Shown here: positions 1 through 14,717 of the stretch, piece by piece | Layout: every line of letters starts with the position of its first letter | Position numbering within the stretch: the first letter of the stretch is position 1 | NCBI RefSeq assembly: GCF_009914755.1 | Contig: NC_060935.1 | Reading direction: 5' to 3' (one strand) | Origin: the human T2T-CHM13v2.0 reference genome, Homo sapiens | Length of the DNA: 64,000 bases | Program-made: the position numbers and the translations under genes | Notes under the pieces: model-generated | Database searches by the model: none | The model's input: the letters and a program-made list of their open reading frames with translations, nothing else | Told to the model about the DNA's origin: nothing

Positions 1-268
<268 letters not shown>

Positions 269-1762
269 TCAGTTTTGACTAATTTAAATTAAAAATGTGG
301 AAGATGGCAGAAGAGAATGAAAAAATGAAGTAAGTATAAAGGGACAATTGATTTGTTGGAAATTATGCAAGGTCAACTGAAGACTAGGATTCAGAAGATA
401 CACTGGGAACACGTTAGCAGTAATTCAGGTATGAGTTTAGCAGTACAAGAACACATGATTTTGGAGCAGAATAAATAAATGGAAGAGGAATTTAAATGCC
501 AAAATCTCATAACTCATTGGTAGGACAAATTAGTTTGCCTGTCATGTTGATATTTCAGCATCCCAAAAGTGCATAGCATTAGTACAGTTCTGGTCTGAAA
601 CCATAATCCTTGAGAATTCCATCTGTAAGTTTTGGGAGAACAAAGAATGAAGACTTCTAGGCCCAAGGAAACCCAGATAGGACAACAGTCCCTTAGATTT
701 TGCCACACTGAAATGTAAATCAGTCACACAAGGTTAGGGATTATCTCTATCCTGTTCTTGACTGTTCACCCTCAGTCCTGAAACAGTGCCCCACATGTAG
801 AAGACTCTGACAGTATCGAGAGTGTTGTGGAGTAGTTAGAAGGGGAAGAGAATGGGAATTTAAAGAGCATATTATCACAGAAAGATAAAAAAGAAAAGGT
901 TTTCCTGATTAGTAATGCAAAAAGTTTCCTTTGAAATATTTAGATTCTTGAGGAAATCCTTATTTGGTTTGAATCTATTGAAAATAGCTTCAATTGTTTC
1001 TTTTATTTGTATGTATACACAGTCATGCATATGATAAAATAAACATTTTTCTAAATCTTGGAAGAAATAAAATCATCTACACAAATACTGTGGAAGTAAC
1101 TTTAAAATGTCCATACTTGGACAACATCTTTAAAATCCTCTGTCTGAAGACTCCTTCCTTCCTCTTCTCTAGGGTGCATACATACAAACATGCAATTTTG
1201 TTTTGACTTCTAAGTCTTTGGAATTCCTTAGTATATATAAGTATATATAGACACATAGCTATTACCTATACAGAAAGGCAAAAGAGTGATAAGGAGCCCA
1301 CATTCAGAATATAGTTTCCTCATGAGTGTGGGAGAAGTGGGGAGATGAGATGAGAGGGAGGAAAAGAGCAATAGGAAGTTCATGGGTGTAGATAATAGTC
1401 TACATGCTAATTTATTTGGTAAGCCCACAAGTGTTCATTTCATCATTATACTTCCTAATCTATGTGTAAATTAAATTACATATGTTATATATATATATAT
1501 ATATATAAAACAGCATATAGCAAACATTCATAGTAAAAAGTAAAAAAGTATATAAAATTAACATATATACATATGATCAAACCATTTATTCATATTAGTG
1601 TTATTGAGAGAACTCTTTAATGATGTATATTTTTGTTTAGAATGGTCACAGTCATGTATCTAAATAAATTAAATCTAATTTAATCTCTTATTCATGTTAG
1701 CAGTATTTTATTGGTCTTAGTCTTAAATTGATGCTCAAATTCTAAATATAGAAGAGGTTTTT

Positions 1763-2056
1763 GGTCAGGCATGGTGGCTAACGTCTGTAATCCCAGCACT
1801 TTGGGAGGCCGAGGTGAGCAGATCACCTGAGGTCAGGAGTTGGAGACCAGCTTGGTCAATATAATGAAACCCCATCTCTACTAAAAATACAAATAAATAA
1901 ATAAATAAATAAATTAGTCAGGTGTTGTGGTGCATGCCTGTAGTCTCAGCTGCTCAGGAGGCTGAGGCACAAGAATTGCTTGAACCCGGAGGCAGAGGTT
2001 ACAGTAAGCTGAGATTGCCACTGCACTCCAGCCTGGGCAAGAGTGAGACTCCATCA

Positions 2057-2092
<36 letters not shown>
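1763..2092 (+). mobile_element. AluS (Sx/Sz-like), full length, with (TAAA)n-expanded middle linker
   Basis: Dimeric Alu, GATCACCTGAGGTCAGGAG, long A tail. Confidence 0.93.
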
Positions 2093-2096
<4 letters not shown>

Positions 2097-2183
2097 TTTT
2101 TTTTGGAGTCTGGCAAGAAATCGTATAAAAAGGAAAACATCCCTATTTAGGAAAATGTATGCTTTATTTTTACACTATTGTAA

Positions 2184-2455
2184 TTTTTTTGTGTGTGTGA
2201 TTGAGTCTTGTTCTATTGCCCAGGCTGAAGTGCAGTGGCACGATCTCAGCTCACTGCAACCTCAGTCTCATGGGTTCAAGTGATTCTCCTGCCTCAGCCT
2301 CCTGAGTAGCTGGGACTACAGGCGTGAGCTACCATGCCTGGCTAATTTTTGTATTTTTAGTAGACACGGGGTTTCACCATGTTGGCCAGGTTGGTCTCAA
2401 ACTCCTGACCTCAAGTGATCCACCTGACTTGGCCTCCCAAAGTGCTGGGATTACA
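2184..2455 (-). mobile_element. AluS, slightly 5'-truncated, inverted relative to the preceding Alu
   Basis: Reverse-complement Alu ending at ...CCCAAAGTGCTGGGATTACA. Confidence 0.92.
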
Positions 2456-4328
2456 ATACTCTTGTAATTTATTTCTATTATTACTAACACTTTATCTTCA
2501 CCTTTTTCTTGAAAAAAAAGTCTTTTTTTTAACATTAATAACAGATGAGAAAATTTAAAAAGCCCATTGGACTTAAAAATAGGAGATGCGAATTTTATCT
2601 TCAATTCTGCCAGCATTTACTCTTAGTTCACTTAAGTTCTCTGAAATTCAGTTTTCATAAAGTAAGAAGACTGGACTGGATATAGAGAGCTATTGCTAAA
2701 TTTCTTGATATTACATGTTGAAATATTTCCAAGTACAATTTTACATTCTCTCTCTATTTCTGTCTTCCCAACCTTTTCATCCTGACATGGTGTTTTATAG
2801 AGTAGTTATAAAAATTTGGAGCTTATTTTCTATAAAAATTGAAAGAATATAGAAAAAATGTTATCACTGGTCATCTTCTGAGGACACAGTGTTACATAAA
2901 CATATCTCTTATTGATAAGACTGTCTTTCTAAAGTGTGTTAGCTGGACAAATGTTGTACACAGCAAATGATGAAAAAATGTCAAACATCTGGCTCATATT
3001 TGTGTTTAGTCTCTTTACTTTGTTAAGCAAATATTTTCAAAGAATAATATTTCCCAAGAGTCTTGTAGTTATTTTTCCAAAAAAAGAATGTACTTAAAGT
3101 CTGCTTTGCCTTTTGGATTCCTAGACATGTCTGCTTAGTGAGGGCAAGAAACCACTAGAGGAATGCCTAAGTAACTTTGCAATATTTAATTTCAGAACAC
3201 ATAATTTCATGTCATATTTCATCAGAAGTCGTGTCTGTATATAATGGGGGTGTTAAAGAGAAGTTGGCTAGATGCGATATTATTTTCATATTGTGTAAAC
3301 AATTTGTGTGTCAAAGAAAAGAAATAAATAGATGCAAAATACAAGAAGAATTCTTTTCTAGCTTTAAGGTATCATGCTCTTCCCTTGTGTAAGTAAATAA
3401 CAAAAGTAGGCCTTTGTTATTTTTGTTTACTTTAAATGTTTACTATCGATCCTGTGGACACTTTTACATACATGATCACATTTAATTGCGGAACAACTCT
3501 GGAGACTTCCGCTTTGGAGAAGAGGGAATAGATACAGTTTTTCCTATTCCTCCAGCTAAGTACAACTTAAAAACCTGGAAATTATGTATGAAACATAAGA
3601 AGACTCTGAAAGATGAAGAGAAGAAGGCAGACGTGCTAGGAACCCTTTAGACCCAAATAATGACACAGTGGTAACTTCTCTGTTCTCTTTTGTTTTTTGT
3701 TTCCTTCATATATCCCAAACTTGTAGCTGAAGAAGTCCACAACCTGGAAACACCAAGACAACCAGACAAAAAAAGCCCTGAAACAAAAGTTTGCTGTTTC
3801 TAGCCAAAGAATCAAGAAAGGAGCAGCCTAGCATGAAACAAACTTGTAAGCAATGGAAAAGAAAATTACCAAAAACAGAGAAGGATATTACATGATAATA
3901 AAAGTGTCAATCCAACAAAGAGAGAACATTCCTAAACGTGCATGCGCCAAACAATGATGCTGCAAAAAAATGAGAATCAAAAACTGACAGAAGTGAAAGA
4001 AGAAGTCAACAAATCAGCACTTATAGTTTGATACTTCAACAACCTTCTCACAACAATGGATAGAAAAGCTAGATAAAAAATCAACAAGCATACAGAATTC
4101 AACAGTGCTATTAACCAACAAGAAACAAGATCTGAAAACTTTTTTAGAGTACTACACCCCAGAACAGGAGAATACATATCATTTCAGGTACTAACAGACC
4201 ATATACCAAGATAGAGTACAACTTGGGTCATAAAGCTAATTAACCTCAACAAATGTAAAATAATTAAAAACATACAAAGTGTGTTCTTTGATCACAATAA
4301 AATCAAACTAGAAACTTTTAACAGAAAG

Positions 4329-4698
4329 TGACTTTAACCATTCTGCCTGCTATAACAAAATACTATAAACAGAGTAATCTGTAAACAACAGTTATTTATT
4401 TCTCACAGTTTGAGCTGGAAAGTCCGAGGTCAAGGCTTCAGTAGATTTGGTGTCTGGAGAAGATCTATTTCTTGGCCTGTAGATAGTGCTTTCTTGTTGT
4501 GTCTCCACATAGTGGAAGGGTAAGAGGTCTTTCCAAGGCTTCTCTTATAAGAGTACTAATCAGATTCATAATGGCTCTACCTTCATGACCTAATTGCCTT
4601 CCAACCCCCCCCCCCCCCCACCTAATTCCATCACCTTGGAAGTTAGGATTTCAACATATGAATGGTGGGGAGGGGGTTATGATAATTCAGTCCATTGC
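4329..4698 (-). mobile_element. MaLR solo LTR (MLT1A/B-like) nested in the old L1
   Basis: Reverse complement starts TGCAATGGACTGAAT; contains TTTATTTCTCACAGTT...GCTGGAAAGTCCGAGGTCAAGG. Confidence 0.8.
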
Positions 4699-5186
4699 AA
4701 AAATATAAAAGAAAAATCTCTAGACACTTGAAAACTAGGCAACACATGTGTGTAAATAACCTATAGATCAAAGAGAAAGTCTCAGGGAAAAAGATAATAC
4801 ATTGCACTGAATGAAAGTGAAAATACAACACATTAACATTTATGAAAAATAGCTAAAGCAATGCTGAGAAGAAAATTTATAGCACCAAATGCATACATTA
4901 GAAAAGAAGAAAAGTCTCAAATTCATCATCTAAACTCTCACCTCAAGAAACTAAAAAAAAAAAAAAAAAAAATCAGGACAACGTAAGCCCAAAGCAAGCA
5001 GATAAAATTAAAATAAAAAAGAGCAAAGATCAGTTAAATTGAAAATATAAAACGTAGAGGAAATCAGTAAAACAAAGTGTAGTTTACTCAAAAAGATAAA
5101 ATTGATAAACTTTTAACAACACTGGCAAAAAATAAAGACACATATTACAAATATAATACATGAAATAGGGCATATTACTATAGATC

Positions 5187-5526
5187 CTTCAGACAAAGGA
5201 TGATGGGGTATCAGATGAACAACTTATATAAAAATTGACAATTAGGATAGAGTGGACTGCTAGTTACTTGAGAAACACAAACTACCAAAACTTATCCAAT
5301 ATGAAATAGATAAATTGAATAGTTCTACAACTGTGAATAAAATTGAATTCATAAACTTCAGACAATTAAAGGATGCTGGGGAATAAGATGAACAACTTAT
5401 ATAAAAATTGACAAGATAGAGTGGACTGCTAGTTACTTGAGAAACATAAACTACCAAAACTCATCCAATATGAAATAGATAAATTGAATAATTCTACAAC
5501 TGTGAATAAAATTGAATTCATAAACT
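5187..5526. repeat. Tandem duplication of about 170 bp (2 copies) within the old L1
   Basis: CTTCAGACAA...GATGAACAACTTATATAAAAATTGACAA...AATTGAATTCATAAACT occurs twice, starting at 5187 and 5356. Confidence 0.95.
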
Positions 5527-7998
5527 AAAAATTTCCAAAAAAATCTCCAGGACCCTATAATTTTGCTGGAAAATCTAGCAAATGTTTAAGGAAAGATTGG
5601 CACTAAAACTACACAATCTCTCCTAGAGAATAGAAAAGGAAGGAATGCTTCCTAATTTATTTTATAAAGTTAGTATTACCCTTATATTAAAACCAGACAC
5701 AGACAGCACATAAAAGAAAACTAGACCAATGTCCCTCAAGAATACATATTAAAAAATGGTTAACATTATATTAGCATGCAATGCAGCAATATGTATAACT
5801 ATACACTATGACAATGTGTGTAATGACAAAGTATGATTCATCACAGGAGGCAAACCTAGTTCAATATTCAAGAATCAATGTACTTTATTAAGAGGCTATG
5901 GATGAAAATTACATGATCATACCAATCAATGCAAAAAAGTTGGACAAAGTCAATACTCTAAGAAATATAGAAATAGAGGTGAACTTTCTTAACACAAAAT
6001 ACTTACAGCTACCATTATAGTTAATGGGAAAAGTGTAAATACTTTTCCTTTCAGAATAGAAACAAGGCAAGGATGTGTACTCTCATCACTGGTATTCAAC
6101 ATAATGCTAGGAGTTCTAGCCAGTGCAATAAAACAAGCAAAGGAAATTCAAAAAATACATATTGAAAAGGAGTAAATAAAACTGACCTGTAAGGCATCTA
6201 AAAAACAAAAACTTCTAGAAATAATAAGTGAATTCAGCAAGTTTATAGGATACAGATAAAAATACAAAAATCAGTTCTATTTTTATATTCTGGCAATGAA
6301 CACCTGCAATTAAAAATATCATACTATCTACAAAAATAAAATTATAGTTGTAAATCTAACAAAATATGTACAGGATTTGTTTTCTGAAAGCCTCAAAATA
6401 CTGATGAAAGAAATTAAATAATATCTATATAGTGATTTATACTATGTTGATGGATGTCTGTAATTCTTAAATTGATACACATATTTAGTACAATTACTAT
6501 AACATCCCAGCAAGATTTTTGTAGATAAAGATATTCTAAAATTCATATGGGAATGCAAAGGCACCAGGATAGCCAAACCCATTTTGAAAAGAAAGAATAA
6601 TGTGGGAGGAATCATTTTATCCAATTTCAAGACTTATTATATACAAAGCTACGTGGTATTGGTGGGAGAATAAACACATAGATCAATGGAACAAAACAAA
6701 GAACTAAAAACAGACCTACATAAACATGTCATATTGATTTTTGATAAAGGTACAAAAACCATTTAATGGAGAAAAGATAGTGTTGGCAATATGGTCCTGG
6801 AGCATGGATATCCATACACCATAAAATCAACCTCTACTTAAATTTTATACCATATACAAAAATTAACTCAAAATGGACCATGGACTTTAAATGTAAAGTG
6901 CAAAACTATAAATCTTTTTCAACAAAATATCTGAGAAAGTTTTAGGGGTCTAATGGTAGACAAAGAGTTCTTAGATTTGATGCAAAAACCATTAACCATT
7001 AAAGTAAAAATGGATAAACTGAACTTAATCAAAATTAAAAACTTTTGCTTTGTGAAAGACCTGGTTAAGAGGATAAAATACCAATTACAGACTGGGTTAC
7101 CTTTCTTAACATCACACAGCAGGCAACATAGCAGAACTGACTTCATATTGAATCCGCTGGGAAAGAGCCTGTTTATATTTTTGTTTAGTACGTATGTGTA
7201 ATTCAGGTAAAAAATGTTTTCTGCAAATACATAATGACTAGAAGTATTTTTACTGAATATTATGGCAGTTTCCCCCTTTATTCTTTATGCATGTGCACTG
7301 CATTCCAGCATTACTCTTCAGAAAAGTTTTGTAAATATTTTTATTTGGCTAGGAAATTATCTGTGAATGGACATATTTGTTCTGCTGCAAACAGCAATGT
7401 TGAGTACAAATTCTTTTTTGATATATATATAGCTTCTCTTTATCATTGACCATAGAAACAATAAAGACTAAACAAAGGGGTAATAAATTTAATAGTTCCT
7501 AGCCTGACATTAGAGCTAACAGTATAAAGGAAGCTATAATCATTTTTTTCATTTATACATTGTCCCCTCTCTCTAAATATGAGACTTTATCACATGTATT
7601 TCTTTATATAGCCATTCTGTTTTCCCTGCTCCACTCATTAAACTGTAAGACATTTCAGAACAGGGACTAAATATTTTTGTCTTCATAAGCTCAGGCTTAG
7701 CAAATTTCCTGGCATAGGTTACATAGTAATAAATATTTAAGTGAATAATTCTTTGTGATAATTGGACTGAAAAAAAACTAGACTATTCCATGGAATGATG
7801 AGAAATGCTTTATGATTGTTGCCAATGTGAAGATTCAGCATAAAAAAAATAGGTGCTGTTTAAATTCTCTTACTTTTTCTGCTACTTAGAACAACATTTC
7901 TCAACTGTTAGTTGCCTTGTTATAAAGACATCTTTTTATCAGTCTTTTAGTCAGTCCTTTGTGTGCTCCTAACAGTACAAGATGGAATTCATGTCTTT

Positions 7999-8136
7999 TT
8001 TTTCTGTTTATTTATTTATTTATTTTCAATAGGATTTTTGGGGAACAGGTAGTGTTTGGTTACATGAATAAGTTTGTTATTGGCGATTTCTGAGATTCTG
8101 GTGCATCCATCACCTGAGTGGTGTACACTGTACCCA
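7999..8136 (-). mobile_element. Very short 5'-truncated L1PB-like 3' end
   Basis: L1PB 3'UTR motif (TTTTTGGGGAACAGGTAGTGTTTGGTTACATGAATAAG); 17-bp TSD ATGGAATTCAT(G/C)TCTTT at 7982-7998 and 8137-8153. Confidence 0.85.
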
Positions 8137-9454
8137 ATGGAATTCATCTCTTTCTATAGTCCTTTTTTTCTTCTCTTATACCTGATGTTAGGCATTCTCA
8201 GATGACCGGAAGTATAATTGGTTTTACGGCCTACACTAGTATATAGCAAACAGCATATACAAGGTATCAAACACAAAGTCTTTAGAGTTAGATAAACCTG
8301 CATTTGAAGACCAACTCTATCTCTGACCAGTCCTGAGAAATTACTTTTAGCCACAGTTTAGTTATTCATAAGATAGAATTTTCATAACTGTTAGAGATAT
8401 TTAATAGAAAGCAAGGTGTTTGGCATAGAGGAGATTAACATTCAAAGGACAAATAGTAAAAATTATCAGTCATTTTACTCAATCTGATGAATAACACATT
8501 AATGATTGTTTTTCCTGCACATTATTACTACCTCCATCATTGTCTATCTTTAAAAATCAATTGCTATTAATAGTGCTGTGGTCATTCTTTACATAGGGGT
8601 TTATCAAATGTACTTATTTGAGATGAAATAAGCCTAGTGACTCAGGTTAAAGATTATTTTCTGGAAGAAGTAATGCCAAGAAATGAAAAGTTCCCGAAGA
8701 AGTTTCTATCCTGTGGGGATTATTTCAGTTCAACCTATTCCATTTGCAAAGGCAATTGCAGAATGTGTTATATAGGCATGACTATTGATTGAAGACTTTC
8801 TGCACTGTGAAAAATTTGGTTTTAAATGTCTATCTTAAAACCTTCTGTTTTAGCAGATATGCCAGCAAGTCAGCAGCATTTTCTGTGGTGCAGTCAGAAT
8901 AGTTTTCAGTTGAATCTCTCTTTTCTTCTTTAGCATTTATCATCAGGGGCTACATCTCCATAAGGCATCTCAGGGTTACACCACCCATACAAAAAACGGT
9001 TTACATCTGCCTTTGGCTCATTTTTCTCCACATGCATGATTTACCCCATAATGTGCTGTGCTGTGCTCTGGGATCCTGCAGAAGAAAGCAGTGATGTGAC
9101 TCATCTCCATCATGTGGATGTCCTAGCTCTGCTGCTACTGCCGCCACTTCCACCTTATTGCAGCACAAATATGATGAAGGGAAACAGGAGTTGTTGATGG
9201 TAGTGTCTAAGATGAGTTCTCATGGGACAGCTACCAAAAGGGTCCTTCTGCAAACAGGAGGTTCCAATTTTAGGCTGCATACTAGTATTAAATAGGTAGT
9301 ATTAATAACAATAAATATGCCCTTTTGAATAAAATTTAGATTGTTTCCAAGCTTCTGACTTTGGAGGCTTGGTTATTTTTTGAGAAAAAGGTAGACAGAA
9401 CAAGGATAGCACATACACTGCCATGTTTTTCTTTATTCCTGCTCAGTAGAGATT

Positions 9455-9925
9455 GGTGGGCATTTCTGGTTGCACATCCAAAACCATCTCTTCTTTTCTG
9501 GATAATAGAATTCCAAACTGTTTGGGAGATATGGTGCACAACCTCAGGTTATTTACTAGTGATCATTCTGAGACTGAGGGGAAATTAGATATATGGAGAG
9601 TCTGATGGGAGTATCTGGAAAAGGTTTCCCTTCCTTGTCAGAGAGCCATGTAAGAAGAAACCCATTTTGCCCAGGCCCTTTCTTTATGCCTTGTGTGGCA
9701 GCCATCTTGCAGCCATGCTGGGATTCATTGCCAGCAATCTGAGGATGGCTGAGAGAAAAGATGGGAGAAGTCTGGATCTTTGATAAAAATGCTTAACGGC
9801 TGCACCAACACCAGCACTTCTTACCTCTAGACTCCTGATTAGGTGAGATAGTAAGTGCTAGTGTTGCTTAAACTGGTTTTAGTTAGAGATTTTGTTCTTC
9901 CAGTGGCAGGTCTTCTCACTGATAG
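9455..9925 (+). mobile_element. Old MaLR LTR (MLT1J/K-like)
   Basis: GTGGCAGCCATCTTGCAGCCATG, GAGGATGGCTGAGAGAAAAGATGG and CTTACCTCTAGACT motifs. Confidence 0.65.
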
Positions 9926-10438
9926 ATGTGGTATTTGGTACCATCTTTGGTTTTTGGAGAAGACTGAGGTTTCATTTCAGTAGACTTATGTTGGAATGCA
10001 GCAAGATAGAACTGAGTCAGGAGGGTATGGATATTCTGAAGCATTCAGATGGGTAAAAAGTCTGCAGGTGAGTGTAAGATAATCTCCAGGAAGCTCAGAG
10101 ATTCAAAGTCAAAGGAAACCATACCATCCAAGTATACCTAAGGCTGAGTCTGAATGGTAAAACGCAAAGATCAGAAGTCCCCAGATGGGAGAGCAGAGCA
10201 AGTGTATGAGTCAAGTGTGATAATGAAGTGTATTTTCTTGAAAAGGATAGGGTGCCCAAGGCTGGTAGTTATTGGATGCTTTCCTACCCCCTAATGAATG
10301 TTTGATCTTGGCTTAAAAGCACAACTTCAGAGAGATAAATGAGTCCATTTTTTTTTTCTAACATTTCAGCATCTTTTAAACTCTTAATTCCCTGAGCTCT
10401 GCACTACAGAAGGCCTCTCGTGTTAAGAAGTGGATTTG

Positions 10439-10783
<345 letters not shown>

Positions 10784-11767
10784 CTATGTGATTTTCTACA
10801 GAGTAGCTCCTATTCTGAAATCACCAGCCAAAGCAACATTCTGTTTAGAAAATGGAAAAATATGGTTAGGAAATGTTTATATGTTGTGCTGCAAGTAGCC
10901 AAGTTAAGAAGCCTTCCCTGAGACCCTTTTATGAGCCTGGTACTGGTCCAGTTACCATTGTTCAGAAATAACAGTGTCATATTGTATAAGGACCTTATAA
11001 AATTTACACAGAAAATCACAAAGGCACACTGTCTTTCTATCAAGCTAGCTTTTCTCTCTAGAAGCAATTTTTATTTATCAGATTTGGCACCTGTTCCTCT
11101 AATATATCATGAACTATCTATCCAGTTTCTCTTACAATGGGTAGACATCAAAAAGGGGCTGGCCAGCCTTTCTAAAGACAAAGACAAGAAGATTGACTTA
11201 GAAAAAAAAATTAAAAATATCTATCCAAATCATTTTCTAAAGCCTCCTGAAAGATCTGATTTTATGCCTTAGCTACTGTATCAGGCAGGGTTTTTAAGTG
11301 CATGCGACAGTAATCACTTTAGCTAATTTGAGAAGAAAATTTATTGAAAGATTGAGTAGCTCTTAGAATCTCTGAGAAGGGTATAAATGTTAAAAACTAG
11401 GTAGCCCATAATAATACCCCAAATCACACTGAAGAACTGGTCTAGTCTAGACACCACTGTACTCGCTTGGTCATAGTCACCACAGTATACTCTGCAGATA
11501 TCATCAGCACTGGTCCATAACACTACTTTTGAAATTGTGATGTAGCTTATCACTTGTGTAGTCTTACTATAAATGACACTCTTTACAGAACAGACTCATT
11601 CCTTCTCTAGTTTTTGCATTACTAACATATGACTCAAAATCCCAAATGGATGTATGCAATTGGAGGAGAATGAATAATGTCCCTGAGCCTCAATTGCAAG
11701 AAAGGCCAGAAAAGTGAGAATCTGGAATTTTTCTTTCTTTAGTAGGAAATAAGATATCTCATTATAT

Positions 11768-11990
11768 CGAGATTTCTCAAACTGGTGGCTTAGGGAGGCA
11801 TTTGGCATTGGCTGTAGACATGTCTTTTTTTTTAATTGCTATGCCTTGGCAGGCAATGGGGGATCAAGGGGCTTGCTACTGACATCTAGTAGGTAGAGGC
11901 CAAGGATGCTGCTCAACATCCTATAATATACATGACAACAAAGGATTATCTGGTCTGAAATATCAGTAGTGCCTCTGCTGGGAAACTCTG
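11768..11990. mobile_element. MER20-like hAT MITE
   Basis: GCTACTGACATCTAGTAGGTAGAGGCCAAGGATGCTGCTCAACATCCTATAAT core. Confidence 0.8.
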
Positions 11991-12152
11991 CTCTTAAAAG
12001 GATAGATAGAGCCCCAGATACATGTGGCCAATCACAAATATTGAAACAGTGGCCAAATTTTTCTTCTTTATTTGGTTTGTCTTTTCAGTTTCCATCCTTT
12101 GTTGTGATTCTATTTCTCTATCTTTTGTGAGAAAAGACGTACAAAAAGAAGA

Positions 12153-12578
12153 TGTAATAGATCCACTTTTGCATTTCTATAAAGGAAAACCTGAGGCTGG
12201 GTAATTTATAAAGAAAAGAGGTTTATTATGGATCATGGTTCTGCAGGTTGTACATGCATGACAGCAGCATTTGCTCAGCTTCTGGTGAGGCTTCAGGAAG
12301 CTTCCAATCATGGTGGAAGGCAAAAGGGGGCAGGTGCATCACATCGTGAGAGAGAGGTAGCAAGAGGGAGTGGTAGGGGAGGTCCTGGACTCTTTTTAAC
12401 AACCTTATCTCATGTAAATTCAATGTGAGAACTCACTCATTACCACTAGGAGGACATCAAGCAATTCATGAGGAATCTGCCCCCATCACCCAAAGACCTT
12501 CCCCCAGGCCCAACCTCTAACACTGGGAGCCACATTTCAACATGAGATTTGGAGGAAGCATGTATCCAAACCATATCA
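12153..12578 (-). mobile_element. MST-type MaLR solo LTR (MSTA/B-like)
   Basis: CTGAGGCTGGGTAATTTATAAAGAAAAGAGG...TATCCAAACCATATCA; TG...CA termini. Confidence 0.88.
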
Positions 12579-14360
12579 ACTATCAACAAGGAAATTTGTT
12601 CACAGAAGTCAATAGTTTGCTTAAGAAACAAAAATAATAAATAACAGAATCATTACTAAAAACCCACAACCTACCTCAAGACTCATACTGTTTCCACTCT
12701 GCCATGTTGTTCTTCTGTAGCTCTCTGGAACCACAGAAAATATGTTTACAACATTGTTGTTAGGATCTTTTTAGAAAGTCTAGATGTAGCACACAAGAAA
12801 TGAGGAATGAGTCCACAATTATATTTTCATCGATCATCCTGAAACCAGCTGAATAGATAGTATAGTCAACCTGCATCTCACTCCTCCAGATGAATTAGGA
12901 ATCTCTTAACCCCCTTCCAGGAGAACTGAGGCCAGTGTCTTACGTGGAACCAAGAGTGAAATATGTTGAATTCACTGAATAGCATCTTACTGTCTCTTCT
13001 GTCCTGGTATGTAAAAGAGGAGGATGCTAAGGCTGCAGTAGCATTCCTTAATGGTGCTGTAGGGCTACTATTTCCTCTATTCTCCTTTCACTCACTATTA
13101 TGCTGTATCCACTATCTACTGGGCCCCAAGGCAGCACTGTTTTCTGCTGGACACATCACTGGGGGTAGAGAGGTAAAGAATGTTCTTCCTCCTGCCTGAA
13201 AGATTCTCTGCGACTTAGAGAAAGCTCCTATATGTCAACAGTTGCAAGGTCCAGAACAGGGAATTCATTTATAATGACACATTTTAGACATGCCCACAGC
13301 AGCAAGCCTAGGATCGTTTTGAAATGTGTCAGTGTCATGGTGTCATTCAGCCTTTGGCTTTGACACTAGCCATGGTGTATACATAGTATAGGGTATTGGT
13401 CTGTAGCAACCAAGTTTGGGTGGCAGAAGCAATTTTAAAATCTCCCAGCCTCCAGGGGGTATATCTGAGCACTGATTCAGAGACAAGGAGAGAGAAAACA
13501 TACATTTTAGACAAGACAAGAGTAAGACTTCATATATGGGGAAGGCTGCAGTGGATTAGAAACACCGGATCCTCTGATAAGCTGAGAATGTATGAATGCA
13601 AAGGTTGTGTTTCAGGAAATGTATTGCAGACTATTATTTATATCCTAAGTTATATAGTAGGTTATTTCAGTTCTCATATGTTGATGCATTTAATTATCTA
13701 AAAATCTGATGAGAAGATACTACACTACTTCCATCTCCATTGTCCAGAAGACAAGGCTAAGGACTGGAGATGTTAAGTAATTATTACAAACTAAGTAGTA
13801 GATTTATACTCAGAACCATGTAAACTCAAGTCCTGGGCTCTTCTTAAACATAACATTTTATGTTACTAATCAGCCCGTGTTTTTCTTATTCTGGTTGAGG
13901 GTATCATCAAGTTGCTCATTGTCTTTCCACCCTTAGTCATTCCACGTATGCATTTCAGAAGGGATTCATAGCACTAGCTTCACAATTTCTCCCTTGGACA
14001 ACCACAAGAGGCATCCTTAAAACTCTGAGAGAAAACTTAATACAGTTCATACAAAGAAAGAAAACCCAGCCTCCTCACCCCTCGACCTTCCTCACTGTCA
14101 CCAAAACCAATGTTTTGTTGTTTCTGGGGGGTTTTTTTGTAAGCTTAAAAGAAAAATAATTTATTGTTTCTTATTATCCTGTGGGTCCAATGGGCTCAGC
14201 TGGACCCTTTTGCTGCATACCGTGAAGGCCAATTTATGCATAGGGCTGCACTCACCTGACTGTTCCATCCAAGATGTCCCCTCATGTTCCGGGGTCTTAG
14301 TATTTTAAAGTGGTAATCATGACCTTTAAATGGATCTTGAAATCAATTTAATGGGCCAAT

Positions 14361-14717
14361 TGTATTAGTCTGTTCTCAGGTTGCTAATGAAGACATACCC
14401 GAGACTGGGTAATTTATAAAGGAAAGAGGTTTAATTGACTCACAGTTCCACATGCCTGGGGAGGCTTCACAATCATGGTAGAAGGAGAATGAGGAGCAAA
14501 GTCACATCTTACATGGCAGCAGACAAGAGAGCTTGTGCAGGGGAACTCCCATTTATATAACCATCAGATCTTGTGAGACTTATTTACTACCATGAGAACA
14601 GCATGGAGGAAACTGCCCCCATGATTCAATTATCTCCACCTGGCCCTGCTCTTGACATGTGGGGAATTATTACAATTCAAGGTGAGATTTGGGTGGGAAC
14701 ACAGCCAAACTATTTCA
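14361..14717 (-). mobile_element. THE1 solo LTR, apparently inserted into an older DNA-transposon fragment
   Basis: TGTATTAGTCTGTTCTC...GACATACCCGAGACTGGGTAATTTATAAAGG...ACACAGCCAAACTATTTCA. Confidence 0.9.

Larger units (their letters stand above)
3500..7096 (+). mobile_element. Ancient degenerate LINE-1 (L1M group): 5'-end-like segment followed by ORF2 remnants
   Basis: A-rich sense strand with ORF2-like remnants (AACAAGGCAAGGATGT, similar to TRQGC; translated KMDKLNLIKIKNFC near 7000, compare [14 protein letters not shown]); many stops and frameshifts. Confidence 0.85.
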
